Assembly: GCF_964213995.1 (NCBI RefSeq)
Contig: NC_135808.1
Location: forward strand, 14,384,001 to 14,448,000
From: Mustelus asterias
Taxonomy: Eukaryota
Direction of reading: 5' to 3'
Length of the DNA stretch: 64,000 nt
Made by a program: the position numbers and the translations under genes. The notes under the pieces are model-generated. The model worked only from the letters and a program-made list of their open reading frames with translations, had not been told where the DNA came from and made no database searches. This document shows positions 1 to 15,300 of the stretch, one piece after another (the first letter of the stretch is position 1; each line of letters begins with the position of its first letter).

Positions 1-312
1 CATCTGTTTCTTACTCCCCCCCCCCCCCCCCCCCCCACCCCCTCTCTCTCTCTCTGCATTATCTGCTGCAACGCCTCTAGTAATGTCTCCAATGAGCTCG
101 GTGATGTTCGCATCGGTCGCCCTCTGTCTCTCTCCCTCACTCTCTTCTGTTCTCGACAGCGAATGGCTGTATTTCCGCTCACGCATCTGAAGTGTAAGTT
201 GGTGCTACAATGAACATTATGTATGTTGCCTAAAGGAAGAAAAAAATCGATTGTTCCAGTTTTTCCTGCCATTCATACCGAATTTCCCACCCTGGGACAT
301 TTTACATTTCAG

Positions 313-348
313 AATCAGGATCATTAAAAGAAACAGTAAAAGATATGG
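313..348 (+). CDS. Microexon A1 (36 nt), phase 1: (E)[11 protein letters not shown]
   Basis: tacatttcag|AATCAG...ATATGG|gtgagt. Confidence 0.8.
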
Positions 349-3300
349 GTGAGTAAACTGGAGACTGAATAATAAAGATGTATAAAATGGGACAGGAAAT
401 AGAGGAAAAACAGCAAGAATGGAATATATACATTCATAGGAAATGATCTCCGAATATAACAACTTCGGTTTGTACTTGGTCTGCTGAAGAAGTTCTAAAA
501 GCTACAGGCATAGATCAACAAATATCTATTTAAGGAAGATTGCCATGTGTTTTGTTGTACTCAGAGACAATAGATTTCTAATGACATGGTAATACTGCAA
601 TACACAAAGTGAATTGCATATTTTTACGAAAGTACATAAAACTTCTGCGAATTAGAAAAGTAACATTACAATCACTCTGTGCTCTATTCAAAAAATGAAT
701 TCAACAGAGGTTCTATGAGACTCACATGCAGACTGGAGATGGAGGATTCACCGTCGCGACTTCTTTTTACCGTTTTAGGAACAGCAAGGCGGCTGGAAGA
801 AATGTACAAAGGTATGCACATGTGAATTTATATTCCACAGAAATATGTCACTTATTAATAATGTAATATTATTTTAAAACATTTAACGGAAATGGGCATT
901 TGTGCGTTTCGTGATATCCAACTTCTGTGGGGTAATAATGAATGATCATTTTTAATATCTTTGCTTCCAATATATGATTGGTGGAGTGACATTTTTTTTT
1001 GTTAATTTCGTTTGTGTGAATGAAACGCTAATTTACCTTCTTTAAAGAATCTCCAAGCATTTCGATACTAGGCATGCGCAGGGGCAATTTGACTTATTAT
1101 TGTTAGGTATCAACATACCTAACTGTTGAAAGCTTTTGTTTCTTGCGCTGTCTCGTATCTCTGAACAAATGGAACTGTTCCTTGACATATCTATCATGTT
1201 CCATCTACAGTATTGTTGTGTGTTGTGCTTACTTTTGAGCCCAGTCTACGTTTTCAGTGTGACTTAATATTCCCACATCGATATCTTCTTGTAACTTCAG
1301 ACTTCCTTCACTCTTAACAAATCTCCCAATCTTCGTGTAGAAAATCAATGAAGCTTTATACAGGCGGCATATTGCACCACATCTCAGGAAGTACTTAATG
1401 AAAACCATACGTTTGCTGCAATCATCCGGAATAGGTTGACATCTGCTCTTCTCTCTCTCTCTCTATCAATCAATCTCCCTGCCTATCTACCNNNNNNNNN
1501 NNNNNNNNNNNNNNNNNNNNNNNNNNNNNNNNNNNNNNNNNNNNNNNNNNNNNNNNNNNNNNNNNNNNNNNNNNNNNNNNNNNNNNNNNNNNNNNNNNNN
1601 NNNNNNNNNNNNNNNNNNNNNNNNNNNNNNNNNNNNNNNNNNNNNNNNNNNNNNNNNNNNNNNNNNNNNNNNNNNNNNNNNNNNNNNNNNNNNNNNNNNN
1701 NNNNNNNNNNNNNNNNNNNNNNNNNNNNNNNNNNNNNNNNNNNNNNNNNNNNNNNNNNNNNNNNNNNNNNNNNNNNNNNNNNNNNNNNNNNNNNNNNNNN
1801 NNNNNNNNNNNNNNNNNNNNNNNNNNNNNNNNNNNNNNNNNNNNNNNNNNNNNNNNNNNNNNNNNNNNNNNNNNNNNNNNNNNNNNNNNNNNNNNNNNNN
1901 NNTATCGCACTGCCTGCTGTCTATCTGTCTGACTATCGAGCTGATTATCTGGCTGCCTATACTTCTGTCTGTTTCTCTCGAGACCGAGCTCTATGCAACT
2001 GTTGCTGCTTCCAGCTGATGACCTTCTCACCACAAAAAAAAACAACTTCCAAACAAGAATGATAAAAAGCAAGAATGAAGTTTAGCAAATGGAAAACAGA
2101 ACGGAGAAAAATGATCCACGGGATACATTAGTTACGTGAAACAGGAAGAGATTGACAGTCAGTTGACGAGCTGTCATTCGACTGACTGAAAATTGCAGCT
2201 GCAACAAACCGTTACTGGGCTATTCTGTGATGGACAGGCAACAATTCAAAATCGAAGTGGACGCCAGAAAAGCAATTTCGTTGATATGAAAATGTGTTTA
2301 CCTAGAGAAACCATGACATATTGCCTTTTTTCCTAAAATCTAACAGCAAAACATACACTGGGGAAGCGTTGCATTGTGGGGCCATATTGATGCACATGTG
2401 CACCAAATGATCAGGCTGCAGACATTCCCCTGCACATAATTAAAGGTAACTATCCAGCCCTCATGAGGAGAATCTGCTGGAGAGAATTATGCTAAACTGG
2501 GACAAGGTGAATCCCGTGTCAGTGCCAGAAGCAGGTTTACTGAAGACTTGAAAGAAACATGCCATTTTTAATGAGAACTGGGATGCATAAAAATAATATC
2601 AGTCAAGATAGAAATTAAGGAAGAACGTCATACAAAACACATAAAGGATCGGTGAGTGTCGTAGGCCATCCGGCTGAAGGTCGTGGCTGCTCAATGTATG
2701 GGTCATGAGCCACGTTAATGGCACAGTGACGAAGAAAAATGTTTCAGTAAGCATTTGTGACAAATTTAAAGTCACTTACAATCGGAACTGTTTGTAGAGC
2801 AGCACCCTCTGCCATTAATTGGTGATTTGTTTGCTGGCTTGGCTGGGCGCCAGCATTTCAGCAAAGCTGACCTTAGTCAAGCTTCACTCAAGGGAAATAT
2901 GGATCCAGATTTACAATAATATTTGACCATCTTGACGCACGAAGTATGACTCGGATATGAAAGACTTCTATTTTGTAATATGCCTGGAGTTGTGTGGTTC
3001 CACCGTGTCATGCATAGACCAAATTCGAAGGAGACTAGAAGGCGTCCAGTTCTGCTTAGACAATATCTTGGTTACTGGAAAGAATGAAGAAGAACATCAT
3101 CAAAGTTTAGAGATTAGAAGATGGCATAATGTCAGTATTCCGTTGGACAGCTGGGGCAGATTATAGATGCAGAGGAACTGCAAAATTCGCCTTCAATCTT
3201 GAAAGCCATAACTGAGGCACCTGTACCTCAAAACGTGAATCAACTGCGTTCTTTCTTGGACTGACTAAGCTTTCTAGAAAGTTTGTCTCTGATCTTGCAA

Positions 3301-6300
3301 CTAACCTCAAGCCTTTACGCAATATATTGCGTGAAAACAAGAAATGAAAATGGCTGAATCAGTGCGATTAAGTTTTTAATACAAGCCAATAAGCTATCAT
3401 TAAAGTCAGAAATACTGGCACAGATGGATCCGAAGTTACCCTTGCAACTGGCTTGCAACGCATCACCTTATGGGATGGGGGCGGTGGTTTTTCACATAAT
3501 GACCAATGGTGAAGTGAAGGCTTTGCATTCAAATCCTTGAACAATGCAGGAAGAGCTATGCAGCGATTAAGAAGGATGATCTGAGCATCATTTTCTGGAT
3601 CAAACTTTTTTTATATGGGGAGGAAAATGTTCTGTATTCCTGTTTGTTCGAAGTTGGAACAATGTCACTTTAAGAGTTAATTCACGTGTCGTGTCGAGAC
3701 GTCATCGGTCATTTGCTCGGGCAAACACCTTTCGAATAAAGCTTGCATTTCAAACAAAGAACAAAGAACAGTACAGCACAGGAAACAGGCCCTTCGGCCC
3801 GCCAAGCCGGCGCCGCTCCTTGGTCCAACCAGACCAATCGTTTGTATCCCTCCATTCCCAGGCTGCTCATGTGACTATCCAGGTAAGTCCTAAACGATGT
3901 CAGCGTGCCTGCCTCCACCACCCTACTTGGCAGCGCATTCCAGGCCCCCACCACCCTCTGGGTAAAAAACGTCCCTCTGATATCTGAGTTATACTTTGCC
4001 CCGCTCACCTTGAGCCCGTGACCACTCGTGATCGCCACCTCCGACCTGGGAAAAAGCTTCCCACTGTTCACCCTATCTATCCCGTTCATAATCTTGTACA
4101 CCTCTATTAGATCTCCCCTCATTCTCCGTCTTTCCAGGGAGAACAACCCCAGTTTACCCAATCTCTCCTCATAGCTAAGGCCCTCCATACCAGGCAACAT
4201 CCTGGTAATCCTTCTCTGCACTCTCTCTAACGCCTCCACGTCCTTGTGGTAGTGCGGCGACCAGAACTGGACGCAGTACTCCAAATGTGGCCTAACCAGC
4301 GTTCTATACAGCTGCATCATCAGACTCCAGCTTTTATACTCTATACCCCGTCCTATAAAGGCAAGCATACCATATGCCTTCTTCACAACCTTCTCCACCT
4401 GTGTTGCCACCTTCAAGGATTTGTGGACTTGCACACCTAGGTCCCTCTGTGTTTCTATACTCCTGATGACTCTGCCATTTATTGTATAACTCCTCCCTAC
4501 ATTATTTCTTCCAAAATGCCTTACTTCACATTTATCCGGATTAAACTCCATCTGCCACCTCTCCGCCCAATTTTCCAGCCTATCTATATCCTGCTGTATT
4601 GCCCGACAATGCTATTCGCGATCCGCAAGTCCAGCCATCTTCGTGTCATCCGCAAACTTGCTGATTACACCAGTTACACCTTCTTCCAAATCATTTATAT
4701 ATATCACAAATAGCAGAGGTCCCAGTACAGAGCCCTGCGGAACACCACTGGTCACAGACCTCCAGCCGGAAAAAGACCCTTCGACTGCTACCCTCTGTCT
4801 CCTGTGGCGAAGCCAGTTCTCCACCCATCTAGCCTCTTCTCCTTGTATCCCATGAGCCTTAACCTTCTTAACCAACTTGCCATGTGGGACTTTGTCAAAT
4901 GCCTTACTGAAATCCATATAGACGACATCCACGGCCCTTCCTTCATCAACCGTTTTTGTCACTTCCTCAAAAAACTCCACCAAATTTGTAAGGCACGACC
5001 TCCCTCTTACAAAACCATGCTGTCTGTCACTAATGAGATTGTTCCGTTCTAAATGGACATACATCCTGTCTCTAAGAATCCTCTCCAACAACTTCCCTAC
5101 CATGGACGTCAAGCTCACCGACCTATAATTTCCTGGGTTATCCCTGCTACCCTTCTTAAACAATGGGACCACATTCGCTATCCTCCAACCCCCAGGGATC
5201 TCACCCGTGTCCAAAGAAGCGACAAAGATTTCCGTCAGAGGCCCAGCAATTTCATCTCTCGTCTCCCTGAGCAGTCGAGGATAGATGCCATCAGGCCCTG
5301 GGGCTTTGTCAGTTTTAATGTTCCCTAAAAAAACTAACAATTCCTCTCTTGTAATGGAGATTTTCGCTAACGGGTCAACACCTCCCTCCGAGACACTCCC
5401 GGTTAACACGCCCCTCTCCTTCGTGAATACCGATGCAAAGTATTCATTTAGGATCTCCCCTATTCCCTTGGGTTCTAAGCATAATTCCCCTCCTTTGTCC
5501 CTGAGAGGTCCGATTTTCTCCCTGACAACTCTTTTGTTCCTAACGTATGAATAGAATGCCTTAGGATTCTCCTTAATCCTGCCTGCCATGAACATCTCGT
5601 GACCTCTTTTTGCCCTTCTAACTCCCCGTTTGAGTTCTTTCCTACTCTCTCTGTATTCCTCCAGAGCTCCATCTGTTTTCTGTTGCCTGGACTTAATGTA
5701 CGCCTCCCTTTTCATTTTAATCAGATCCTCAATTTCCCTGGTTATCCACGGCTCTCGAATCCTACCTTTCCTATCTTTCATTTTTACAGGTACATGCCTA
5801 TCCTGCAGCCTTATCAATAGTTCCTTAAAAGACTCCCACATGCCAGACGCGGACTTACCCTCGAACATCCTCTCCCAATCAACATCCACTAATTCCTGCC
5901 TAATCCGGCTATAGTTAGCCTTCCCCCAATTTAGCACCCTGCCCGTAGGACAGCATTCATCGTTGTCCATTACTATCCTAAAGTTAATAGAGTTGTGGTC
6001 ACTATTTGCCACATGTTCCCCAACCGAAACTTTGACGACCTGACCGGGCTCATTTCCCAGAACTAGGTCCAGTATAGCCCCCTCTCTAGTCGGGCTATCT
6101 ACATACTGTTCCAAAGAACCTTCCAGTACGCATTTTACAAATTCCTCCCCGTCCGGACCCCCAGCTCTAAGCACTTTCCAGTCTGTGCCAGGGAAATTAA
6201 AGTCCCCCACTACAACAACCCTATTTTTTCTGCACCTATCCAGAATCTCCTGACATATCCTTTCCTCCACTTCCCGTGGGCTGTTGGGTGGTCTGTAGTA

Positions 6301-9300
6301 CACCCCCAGCATAGTGACTGCACCCTTCCTGTTTCTGAGTTCCACCCACAGCGACTCAGTACATGACCCCTCTAAGTTGTCTACCCTCTGCACCGCGGTA
6401 ATATGCTCCTTAACTAATATCGCTACTCCCCCACCTTTTTTAGCCCCTCCTCTGTCTCGCCTAAAACGCTTATACCCCGGAATATTCAGCTGCCAGTCCT
6501 GTCCTTTTAACCAAGTTTCCGTCACCGCAACCACATCCAAATTCCGCATAAGCATTAAGGCCCTAAGTTCGTCTGTTTTACCCGTTACACTCCTCGCATT
6601 GAAGCAGATGCACTCCAGACCTCCAGGCCCACTCAGATCATCCTCCTCCAGAGTGCTCCTCTTCTTAGCTAGCCTTGCCCTGGCCCGCAGCTCAACCCCA
6701 GCCTCAGTATTTACTGACCTACTGTTTTGTTCCCTACCCCCCTGCCACACTAGTTTAAATCCTGCCGAAATACTCTAGCAAAACTCCCAGCCAGGATATT
6801 TGCTCCCTTCCAGTTGAGGTGTAACCCATCCTTTCTGTACAGTTGCCATCCTGACTTGAAGATTTCCCAGTTATCTATGAATTTAAAACCCTCCCTCTTG
6901 CACCAGTCCTTTAGCCACGCGTTCAACTGTAGAATCTCCCTGTTCCGAGCCTCACTTGCACTAGACACCGGGAGCAGTCCAGAGATTGCTACCCTGGAGG
7001 CCTTACTTTTTAGCCGAGCACCCAACTCCCTGAATTTCTGTCGCATGACCCCCCTGCTCTTCCTACCTACATCATTTTCACCAATGTGTATAATCACATC
7101 CGTTTGACTACCTTCCTTTTTAAATATTTCCTTGTCATTTTGTGCTCTGCAAGCATATCCTTTAAACAGACCACAGCTTCCCATCCATGAAATAAGTAAA
7201 ACAGACGTAACGTCATTCGAAACCTAGTTACTAGCTGGTACAAACTATGAATATGAATCATCATCCCTAGACGTGCTCTGTGCTGTTACAATTATAAAGT
7301 CCCTTATTAACGGAACTGAACTGTGTCTAATTTGTTTGACTAGTTTAGCGACGAATTTAATAAAGACTTCATTATTTCGTGACAATTGTTTTAAAACCAT
7401 TACTGTTTTGACAATTAGTTACTTAACTAATATCTCCCGACTTCAATACTTGCTTTTCGAAAATACAATTATCATGCTGACTCCCTTCCCCCTCACATCA
7501 GTTTCTTGCACTCTCTCTCTGCCTTTTCTTCTGGAACGCCTCTGTCACTATTTCTAATGAGGTCGATGGTGTTCCCACCGCTCTCACGCTGTCTCTCTCC
7601 CACTGTCTTTTGGTCTCGACTGCGAATGCGGCATTGCCGTTCAGATTCGTGAAGTACAAGTCGTTGCCAGAAGGAACATTGTACATGTCGCATAAAGGAA
7701 GAAAATTTCGATTGTTTCGGTTATTTTCCTATCAGTCATATCGGATTTTCTATCCTTGGGCGATTTATCATTTCAGGAATCGGATCAATAAAAGATGCAG
7801 TGAAAGATATGGGTGAATAAACGGAAAAATGAATAATATATTTGATTGAATTGGGACAGCAATTAGAGGAGAAACAGCATAAATTGAATATCTGCCTTCA
7901 TGGGCAGTTCAATTAATCAGTGGTCTCCGAATATAAGAACTACCGTTTGTACTTGGTCTACGTAACATGTTCCAAAGCCCCAGGTCAACGAATATCCATT
8001 TAAGTAAGATTGCCATCTACTTTATTGTATTCTCGATACAATCGATTTCGAGGGAAATGGTATGACATCAATATAGAAAGCGAAGGTACAAAACCATTCG
8101 GCAAACTAGAAGGGCAGCTTTACACTCAGAACTCCTGTGCCCTATTCAAAATATGAATTCTATGACACTCCCATGCAGACTGGAAATAAAAGATTCACGG
8201 TCGCGACTTTTCTGTCACCTTTTTAGAAACAGTAAGGAAGCTGGGCGGAAAATACAGCGGTAGGCACATTTTAATTTATGTTTCACAGAATGATGCCAAT
8301 TATTAATGTTGTCATATTATTTTGGAACATTTAACGGACATTGGATATTGGTCCGTTTCATGATACCAACCTTGTGTGGGGTGATAATGAATGATCGTTC
8401 TTCATATGATTGCTTTCTGTATATAATTGGAAGAGTAACATTATTTTTAATTAATTTCTTTTGTGTGAATGAAGTGCTTAATTTGCTTTACCGAAGGAAC
8501 TACAACAACTTTGATATTGGACATGCGTGGCAACAAAAATGTTCTGATGGTACAAGAGTTATGAACACAAATTTAAGGTTTTGTAGAGGACTATTATGAA
8601 ATGTGAAGAGGAAGATTTCTATGCATAGAGTGGGTGTGACCTGAAATATGATGCGTTCTGGGTGGTGGAAGCAGAGAAGATAAATATTTCCAATGGGAAT
8701 TGGATGTGCAGTTGAGAGGGAAGCATTTGTATGGCCTTGGGAAACAAAGTGTGATTGGCACATACTAGATTCCTCTACATAGAGCTGGCATGGACAAGGT
8801 GGGCCGATAGTTCTTCTTCTGTGACGTTATGAGCTAGAGTCCAATAGAAAAAAATGTTTTATTTTTACTGATTCTTTCACAAGATGTGTCGCTGGCTGGG
8901 CCAGAATTCATTGCCCATCCATTACTGCCATTGAGAAGGCAATGCCAAGCAATCTTTGTGAACGTCTGCAGTGTCTCCCAGAAGATGGTATCGCATAGAA
9001 CATACCAATTATTGTATTGTGCCTCCATTTTAGTAGCTGTAACGAAATGGATGAGTTCTTTGACACCTTTATGATATTCCATCTCCGGTAGTGTCATATT
9101 ATCCAAAGTATGTTGTGCCTTCTTTTGAGCCCACTCTGCGTTTTCACTATGACATGATATTTCCACATGGATTGCCGTGCCCATTGCGCACCAAATTTAT
9201 TTGCCACATAACTCTATGTTCAGGTGCATGAACAATAAATTAAAATTGTGTTATTTCTTCGCCTGAACTTGAAACAATCTGGGATCTTGCCATCCCTTGC

Positions 9301-12300
9301 TGCAGTGCTGAACCCTGTTCTTCCTGCCTACTGTAACATTCCATTTCCCGCTCCCCTGCCAATTTAGTTTTCATTTCCTGAACAGCAGTAACAACCCACC
9401 CTGAAAAGGGACTATACTCAGATCTGTTGAACGGAAACTACTCCAGCCTGGAATTGTTCCAGTTCCCTTTGTGTCTACATCAAGATCCCTCTCTTCTGAT
9501 CAGCCAAACCGTCATTCTTTTTATACACCTATGATTATTGTCTTTGCATCTTTTTAGCCAATTTCCTGCCGAGATACTTAAAATCTTCCTGCAGTATCTC
9601 ATTTTCCTTTCGATGTCATTTCGATGGCTGGCGTAACTGTTCTGCACGCAGGAGGAACAAACAGATTTGCACAGCATGGTTAGGGAGGTGATCATAATTC
9701 ACGTTAACAGCATGCTGGATCAGAGCGAATGGGCGACTGAGAGGTAGGTGCACATCTCCAAGCAGTTTGTGCAGGGGCCTCGAGAGTCCACCCTGCTCGC
9801 CAATCAGTTTTCCACTTCTGATATTCGTGAGGGCGATTTTTCCCCAGTAGCGAGCAGCCAAACTCAATTCTGTGCCACCATGGTGTCTTTGCTGCACAGA
9901 CGTGGAGGCAGAACAACAGATATAGAACATACCATATCCAAGGCCGATTTTGCACAAACGTGGCATCAAGAAACTTTCGCAAAACAGGAGTCAAGGGAAC
10001 TAGAGGCAGAATTGTCTGCTGGTTTGAGTCATACTTGCCACAAAATAAGATGTTTGTGCTTGTTCGAAGTCTATCATCTCAGCTCCAGGGCATCACTACA
10101 GATGTTTCTTAGGATTGTGCCCTTAGCCAAACGACCTTCAGCTCTTCCATCAATGACGTTCCTTCCATCATAAGGTCGGAGGTTGAGGTGTTTCTCTGAT
10201 GATTGCTCTGTTCTTCAGTCCCATTCTCAACTTCTCAGACACTGAAGCAGTCCATGTCCAAACGCAGCAGGACAATTTCCAGACATGCACTGACAAGTGG
10301 CAAGTAACGTCCATGTCTTTCAAATACCATACAATGACCATTTCCAGCAGGAGAGTATCCAAACATTGCCACTTGACGCTCAATGACTTTACCACCGCTG
10401 AGTCTCATACTATCAATGCGGGTGGGTCAGCATTAACCAGAAACTTAACTGTCAGAGCCATATAATGCTGTGGCTATAAGAGGCAGTTAGCAGGCCAGGA
10501 TCTCTGTGGCGAATAACACCGAAACCTGCCCACCATCGATAAAGCGCAAGTTAGGACTGTGATGGAGTACTCGCCACTTGCTTGGATGAGTGGAGCTCGA
10601 ACAACAGTCAGCTTGATACCATCCAGGAAAAGGCAGCCCACTTGATTGGTATCCCGCCCACAAATATTCACTCTCTTCACCACTGGCGATCAGTGGCAAC
10701 CTTGTGTACTAACTGCAACAGTCACTGTAGGAGCACATGCAGGTTTCTTGGGTCCTTTTTTTTCGAAATAACACTTCATATTCAAACGAGCTACCCACCT
10801 AATATCACCCTACCGCACAACTTGCTTTTCAATAATGCAGTCATGTCGGCTCTGTTCCCTCTGACATCTGTTTCTCACTCCCCCCGCCCCCTCTCTCTGC
10901 ATTATCTGCTGCAACGCCTCTCGTAATGTCTCCAATGAGGCCGGTGATGTTCGCATCGGTCGCCCTCTGCCTCTCTCCCTCACTCTCTTCTGTTCCCGAT
11001 AGCGAATGCCTGTATTTCCGCTCAGGCATCTGAAGTGTAAGTTGTTGCTACAATGAACATTTTGTATGTTGCCTAAAGGAAGAAGAAAATCGTCTGTTTT
11101 AGTTTTTTCTACCATTCATATGGAATTTTCCACCCTAAGACGTTTTACATTTCAGAATTAGGATCATTAAAAGAAACAGTAAAAGATATGGGTGAGTAAA
11201 CTGGAGACTGAATAATAACGATGTACAAAATGGAACAGGATAAAGAGGAAAAACAGCAAGAATGGAATATGTACTTTCACAGGAAATGATCTCCAAATAT
11301 AACAACTTGGGTTTGTACTTGGTCTGCTGAAGAAGTTCTAAAAGCTTCAGGCACAGGTCAACAAATATTTATTGAAGTCAGATTGCCATGTGTTTTATTG
11401 TACGTACTCTCGAGACAATAGATTTCTAACAAAATGGTAATACTACAATACAGAAAGTGAATTGCATAATTTTATGAAAGCACATAAAACTTCTGCCAAT
11501 TAGAAGAGTAGCATTATAATCACTATTGTCCTCTATTCGAAATATGAATTCGACAGAGACCATAAGACCATAAGACCATAAGACATAGGAGCGGAAGTAA
11601 GGCCATTCGGCCCATCGAGTCCACTCCACCATTCAATCATGGTTGATTTCAACTCCATTTACCCGCTCTCTCCCCATAGCCCTTAATTCCTCGAGAAATC
11701 AAGAATTTATCAATTTCTGTCTTGAAGACGCTCAACGTCTCGGCCTCCACAGCCCTCTGTGGCAATGAATTCCACAGACCCACCACTCTCTGGCTGAAGA
11801 AATTTCTCCTCATCTCTGTTCTAAAGTGACTCCCTTTTATTCTAAGGCTGTGCCCCCGCGTCCTAGTCTCCCCTGTTAATGGAAACAACTTCCCTACGTC
11901 GATCCTATCTAAGCCGTTCATTATCTTGTAAGTTTCTATCAGATCTCCCCTCAACCTCCTAAACTCCAATGAATATAATCCCACGATCCTCAGACGTTCA
12001 TCGTATGTCAGGCCTACCATTCCTGGGATCATCCGTGTGAATCTCCGCTGGACCCGCTCCAGTGCCAGTATGTCCTTCCTGAGGTGTGGGGCCCAAAATT
12101 GCTCACAGTACTCCAAATGGGGCCTAACCAGTGCTTTATAAAGCCTCAGAAGTACATCCCTGCTTTTGTATTCCAAGCCTCTTGAGATAAATGACAACAT
12201 TACATTTGCTTTCTTAATTACGGACTCAACCTGCAAGTTTACCTTTAGAGAATCCTGGACTAGGACTCCCAAGTCCCTTTGCACTTTAGCATTATGAATT

Positions 12301-15300
12301 TTGTCACCGTTTAGAAAATAGTCCATGCCTCTATTCTTTTTTCCAAAGTGTACGACCTCGCACTTGCCCACGTTGAATTTCATCAGCCACTTCTTGGACC
12401 ACTCTCCTAAACTGTCTAAATCTTTCTGCAGCCTCCCCACCTCCTCAATACTACCTGCCCCTCCACCTATCTTTGTATCATCGGCAAACTTGGCCAGAAT
12501 GCTCCCAGTCAGAGGTTCTATGAGACTCACATGCACACTGGAGATGCAGGATTCACCGTCGCGACTTATTTTTACCGTTTTAGGAACAGCAAGGCAGCTG
12601 GAAGAAACGTACAAAGGTACACATATGTGAATTTATATTCCACAGAATTATGTCACTTATTAATATTGTAATATTATTTTAAAACATTTAACGGAAATGG
12701 GCATTTGTCCGTTTCGTGATATCCATCTTCTGTGGGGAATAATGAATTATCATTTTTAGTACATTTGCTTCCAATATATGATCGGTGGAGTGACTTTTTT
12801 TTAGTTAATTTCGTTTGCGTGAATGGAACGCTCATTTACCTTCTTTAAAGAATCTCCAAGAATTTAGATACTGGGCATGCGCAGAGGCAATAAAAATCAC
12901 ATGTTACATGAGCTGGAAAGATAAATTCTTGATTTGAATTATTATTGTTAGGTATCACGATACCTAACTGTTGAAAGCTGTTGTTTTTTGCGCTGTTTTG
13001 TATCTCTGAACAAATGGAACCGTTCCTTGACATACATATAGAACATAGAACATAGAAAAACTACAGCACAAACAGGCCCTTCGGCCCACAAGTTGCGCCG
13101 GTCATGTCCCTACCTACCGAGGCCGATAGAGAGGCTTACCTATAACCTTCAATCCTATTAAGTCCCATGTACTCACCCAGAAGTCTCTTAAAAGACCTAT
13201 CCAGTTTGCCTCCACCACCATAGCCGGCAGCCGATTCCACTCACCCACCACCCTCTGAGTGAAAAACTTACCCCTGACATCTCCTCTGTACCTACTCCCC
13301 AGCACCTTAAACCTGTGTCCTCTCTTAGCAGCCATTTCAACCCTGGGAAAAAGCCTCTGAGAATCCACCCGATCTATACCTCTCAACATCTTGTGCACCT
13401 CTATCAGGTCACCTCTCATCCTTCGTCTCTCCAAGGAGAAAAGACCGAGCTCCCTCAACCTATCCTCATAAGGCATGCCACGCAATCCAGGCAACGTCAT
13501 TGTTAATCTTCTCTGCACCCTTTCAATAATTTCTACATCCTCCCTGTAATGGGGCGACCAGAACTGAGCACAGTACTCGAAGTGGGGTCTGACGAGGGTC
13601 TTATAAATCTGCATCATTATCTCCCGACTCCAAAACTCAATCCCTCGATTGATGAAGGCCAGCACACCATATGACTTCTTAACCACCTCCTCTAACTGCG
13701 AGGCCGATTTAAGAGTCCTATGAACCCGGGCCCCAAGTCCTTCTGATCCTCTACACTGCTCAGAGTCTTACCTTTGATATCATACTCCTTCATCCCATTT
13801 GACCCGCCAAAATGTACCACTACACATTTATCCGGGTTGAAGTCCATCTGCCACTTCTCCCCCCAGTCTTGCATCCTATCTATGTCACGCTGCAGCTTCT
13901 GACATCCCTTCAAACTATCCACAACACCACCAACCTTCGTGTCGTCGGCAAACCTACCAACCCATCCCTCCACTTCCTCATCCAGGTCATTTATGAAAAT
14001 GACAAACAGCAAGGGTCCCAGAACAGATCCGTGGGGCACTCCACTGGTGACCGACCTCCATTCAGAAAAAGACCCATCTACAAGACCTATCGACAACCAC
14101 TACAACCTTCTGCAGGCAAGCCAGTTCCGGATATATATGTATATAGATATAGATATATATATATATATATATGATATTCCATCTACAGTATTGTAATTAT
14201 TCACAGTATGTTGTGCTTACTTTTGAGCCCAGTATACGTTTTCACTATGACTTAATATTCCCACATCTATTTCTTCCTGTAACTTCAGACCTTCTTCACT
14301 ATTAACCAATCTACCAATCTCCATGTATAAGATCAATGAAGATTTACTCGGGCGGCATTTGGAAAATATCTCAGGAAGAACTCAATGAAAACCATAAGGC
14401 TGCTGCAATAATCTGGAAAAAGTTGACGTCTGCCCTTCTCTCTCTCTCTCTCTGTATCNNNNNNNNNNNNNNNNNNNNNNNNNNNNNNNNNNNNNNNNNN
14501 NNNNNNNNNNNNNNNNNNNNNNNNNNNNNNNNNNNNNNNNNNNNNNNNNNNNNNNNNNNNNNNNNNNNNNNNNNNNNNNNNNNNNNNNNNNNNNNNNNNN
14601 NNNNNNNNNNNNNNNNNNNNNNNNNNNNNNNNNNNNNNNNNNNNNNNNNNNNNNNNNNNNNNNNNNNNNNNNNNNNNNNNNNNNNNNNNNNNNNNNNNNN
14701 NNNNNNNNNNNNNNNNNNNNNNNNNNNNNNNNNNNNNNNNNNNNNNNNNNNNNNNNNNNNNNNNNNNNNNNNNNNNNNNNNNNNNNNNNNNNNNNNNNNN
14801 NNNNNNNNNNNNNNNNNNNNNNNNNNNNNNNNNNNNNNNNNNNNNNNNNNNNNNNNNNNNNNNNNNNNNNNNNNNNNNNNNNNNNNNNNNNNNNNNNNNN
14901 NNNNNNNNNNNNCTCTATCGCACTGTCTGCTGTCTATCTCTCTGACTATCGAACTGTTTATCCGGCTGCCTATCCTTCTGTCTCTTTCTCTCGAGACCTA
15001 GCTCTAAGCAACTGTTGCTGCTTCTAGCTGATGACCTTCTTACCACAAAAAAAAACAACTTTGAAACAAGAATGATAAAAAGCAAGAACCAAGTTTAGCA
15101 AATGGAAAACCGAATAGAGAAAAATGACCCACGGGATACATGAATGACGTGAAACAGGAAGAGATTGACAGTCAGTGGATGACCTGTCACAGGACATACT
15201 GAAAATTGCAGCAGCAACAAACCACTGCCTGGTGCATCCAGAACTGGCTTGCCCAAAGGACAGTAAGAAGTTTAACAACACTAGTTTAAAGTCCAACAGG

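Noticed and set aside
160-193. Possible third 34-nt exon upstream of A in each unit
   Set aside because: It shifts the frame, and its AG/GT sites are lost in units 2, 4 and 5, unlike A and B.
1436-2072. ORFs containing X runs (also near 14336, 25340 and 27870)
   Set aside because: Artefacts of translating N gaps.
4246-7107. Many short ORFs antisense to or overlapping CR1 and Penelope coding regions
   Set aside because: Shadow frames of retroelement ORFs with no independent support.
9600-10173. Overlapping 96-141 aa ORFs in a moderately GC-rich block
   Set aside because: No recognisable motif or splice structure; probably an old unidentified repeat.
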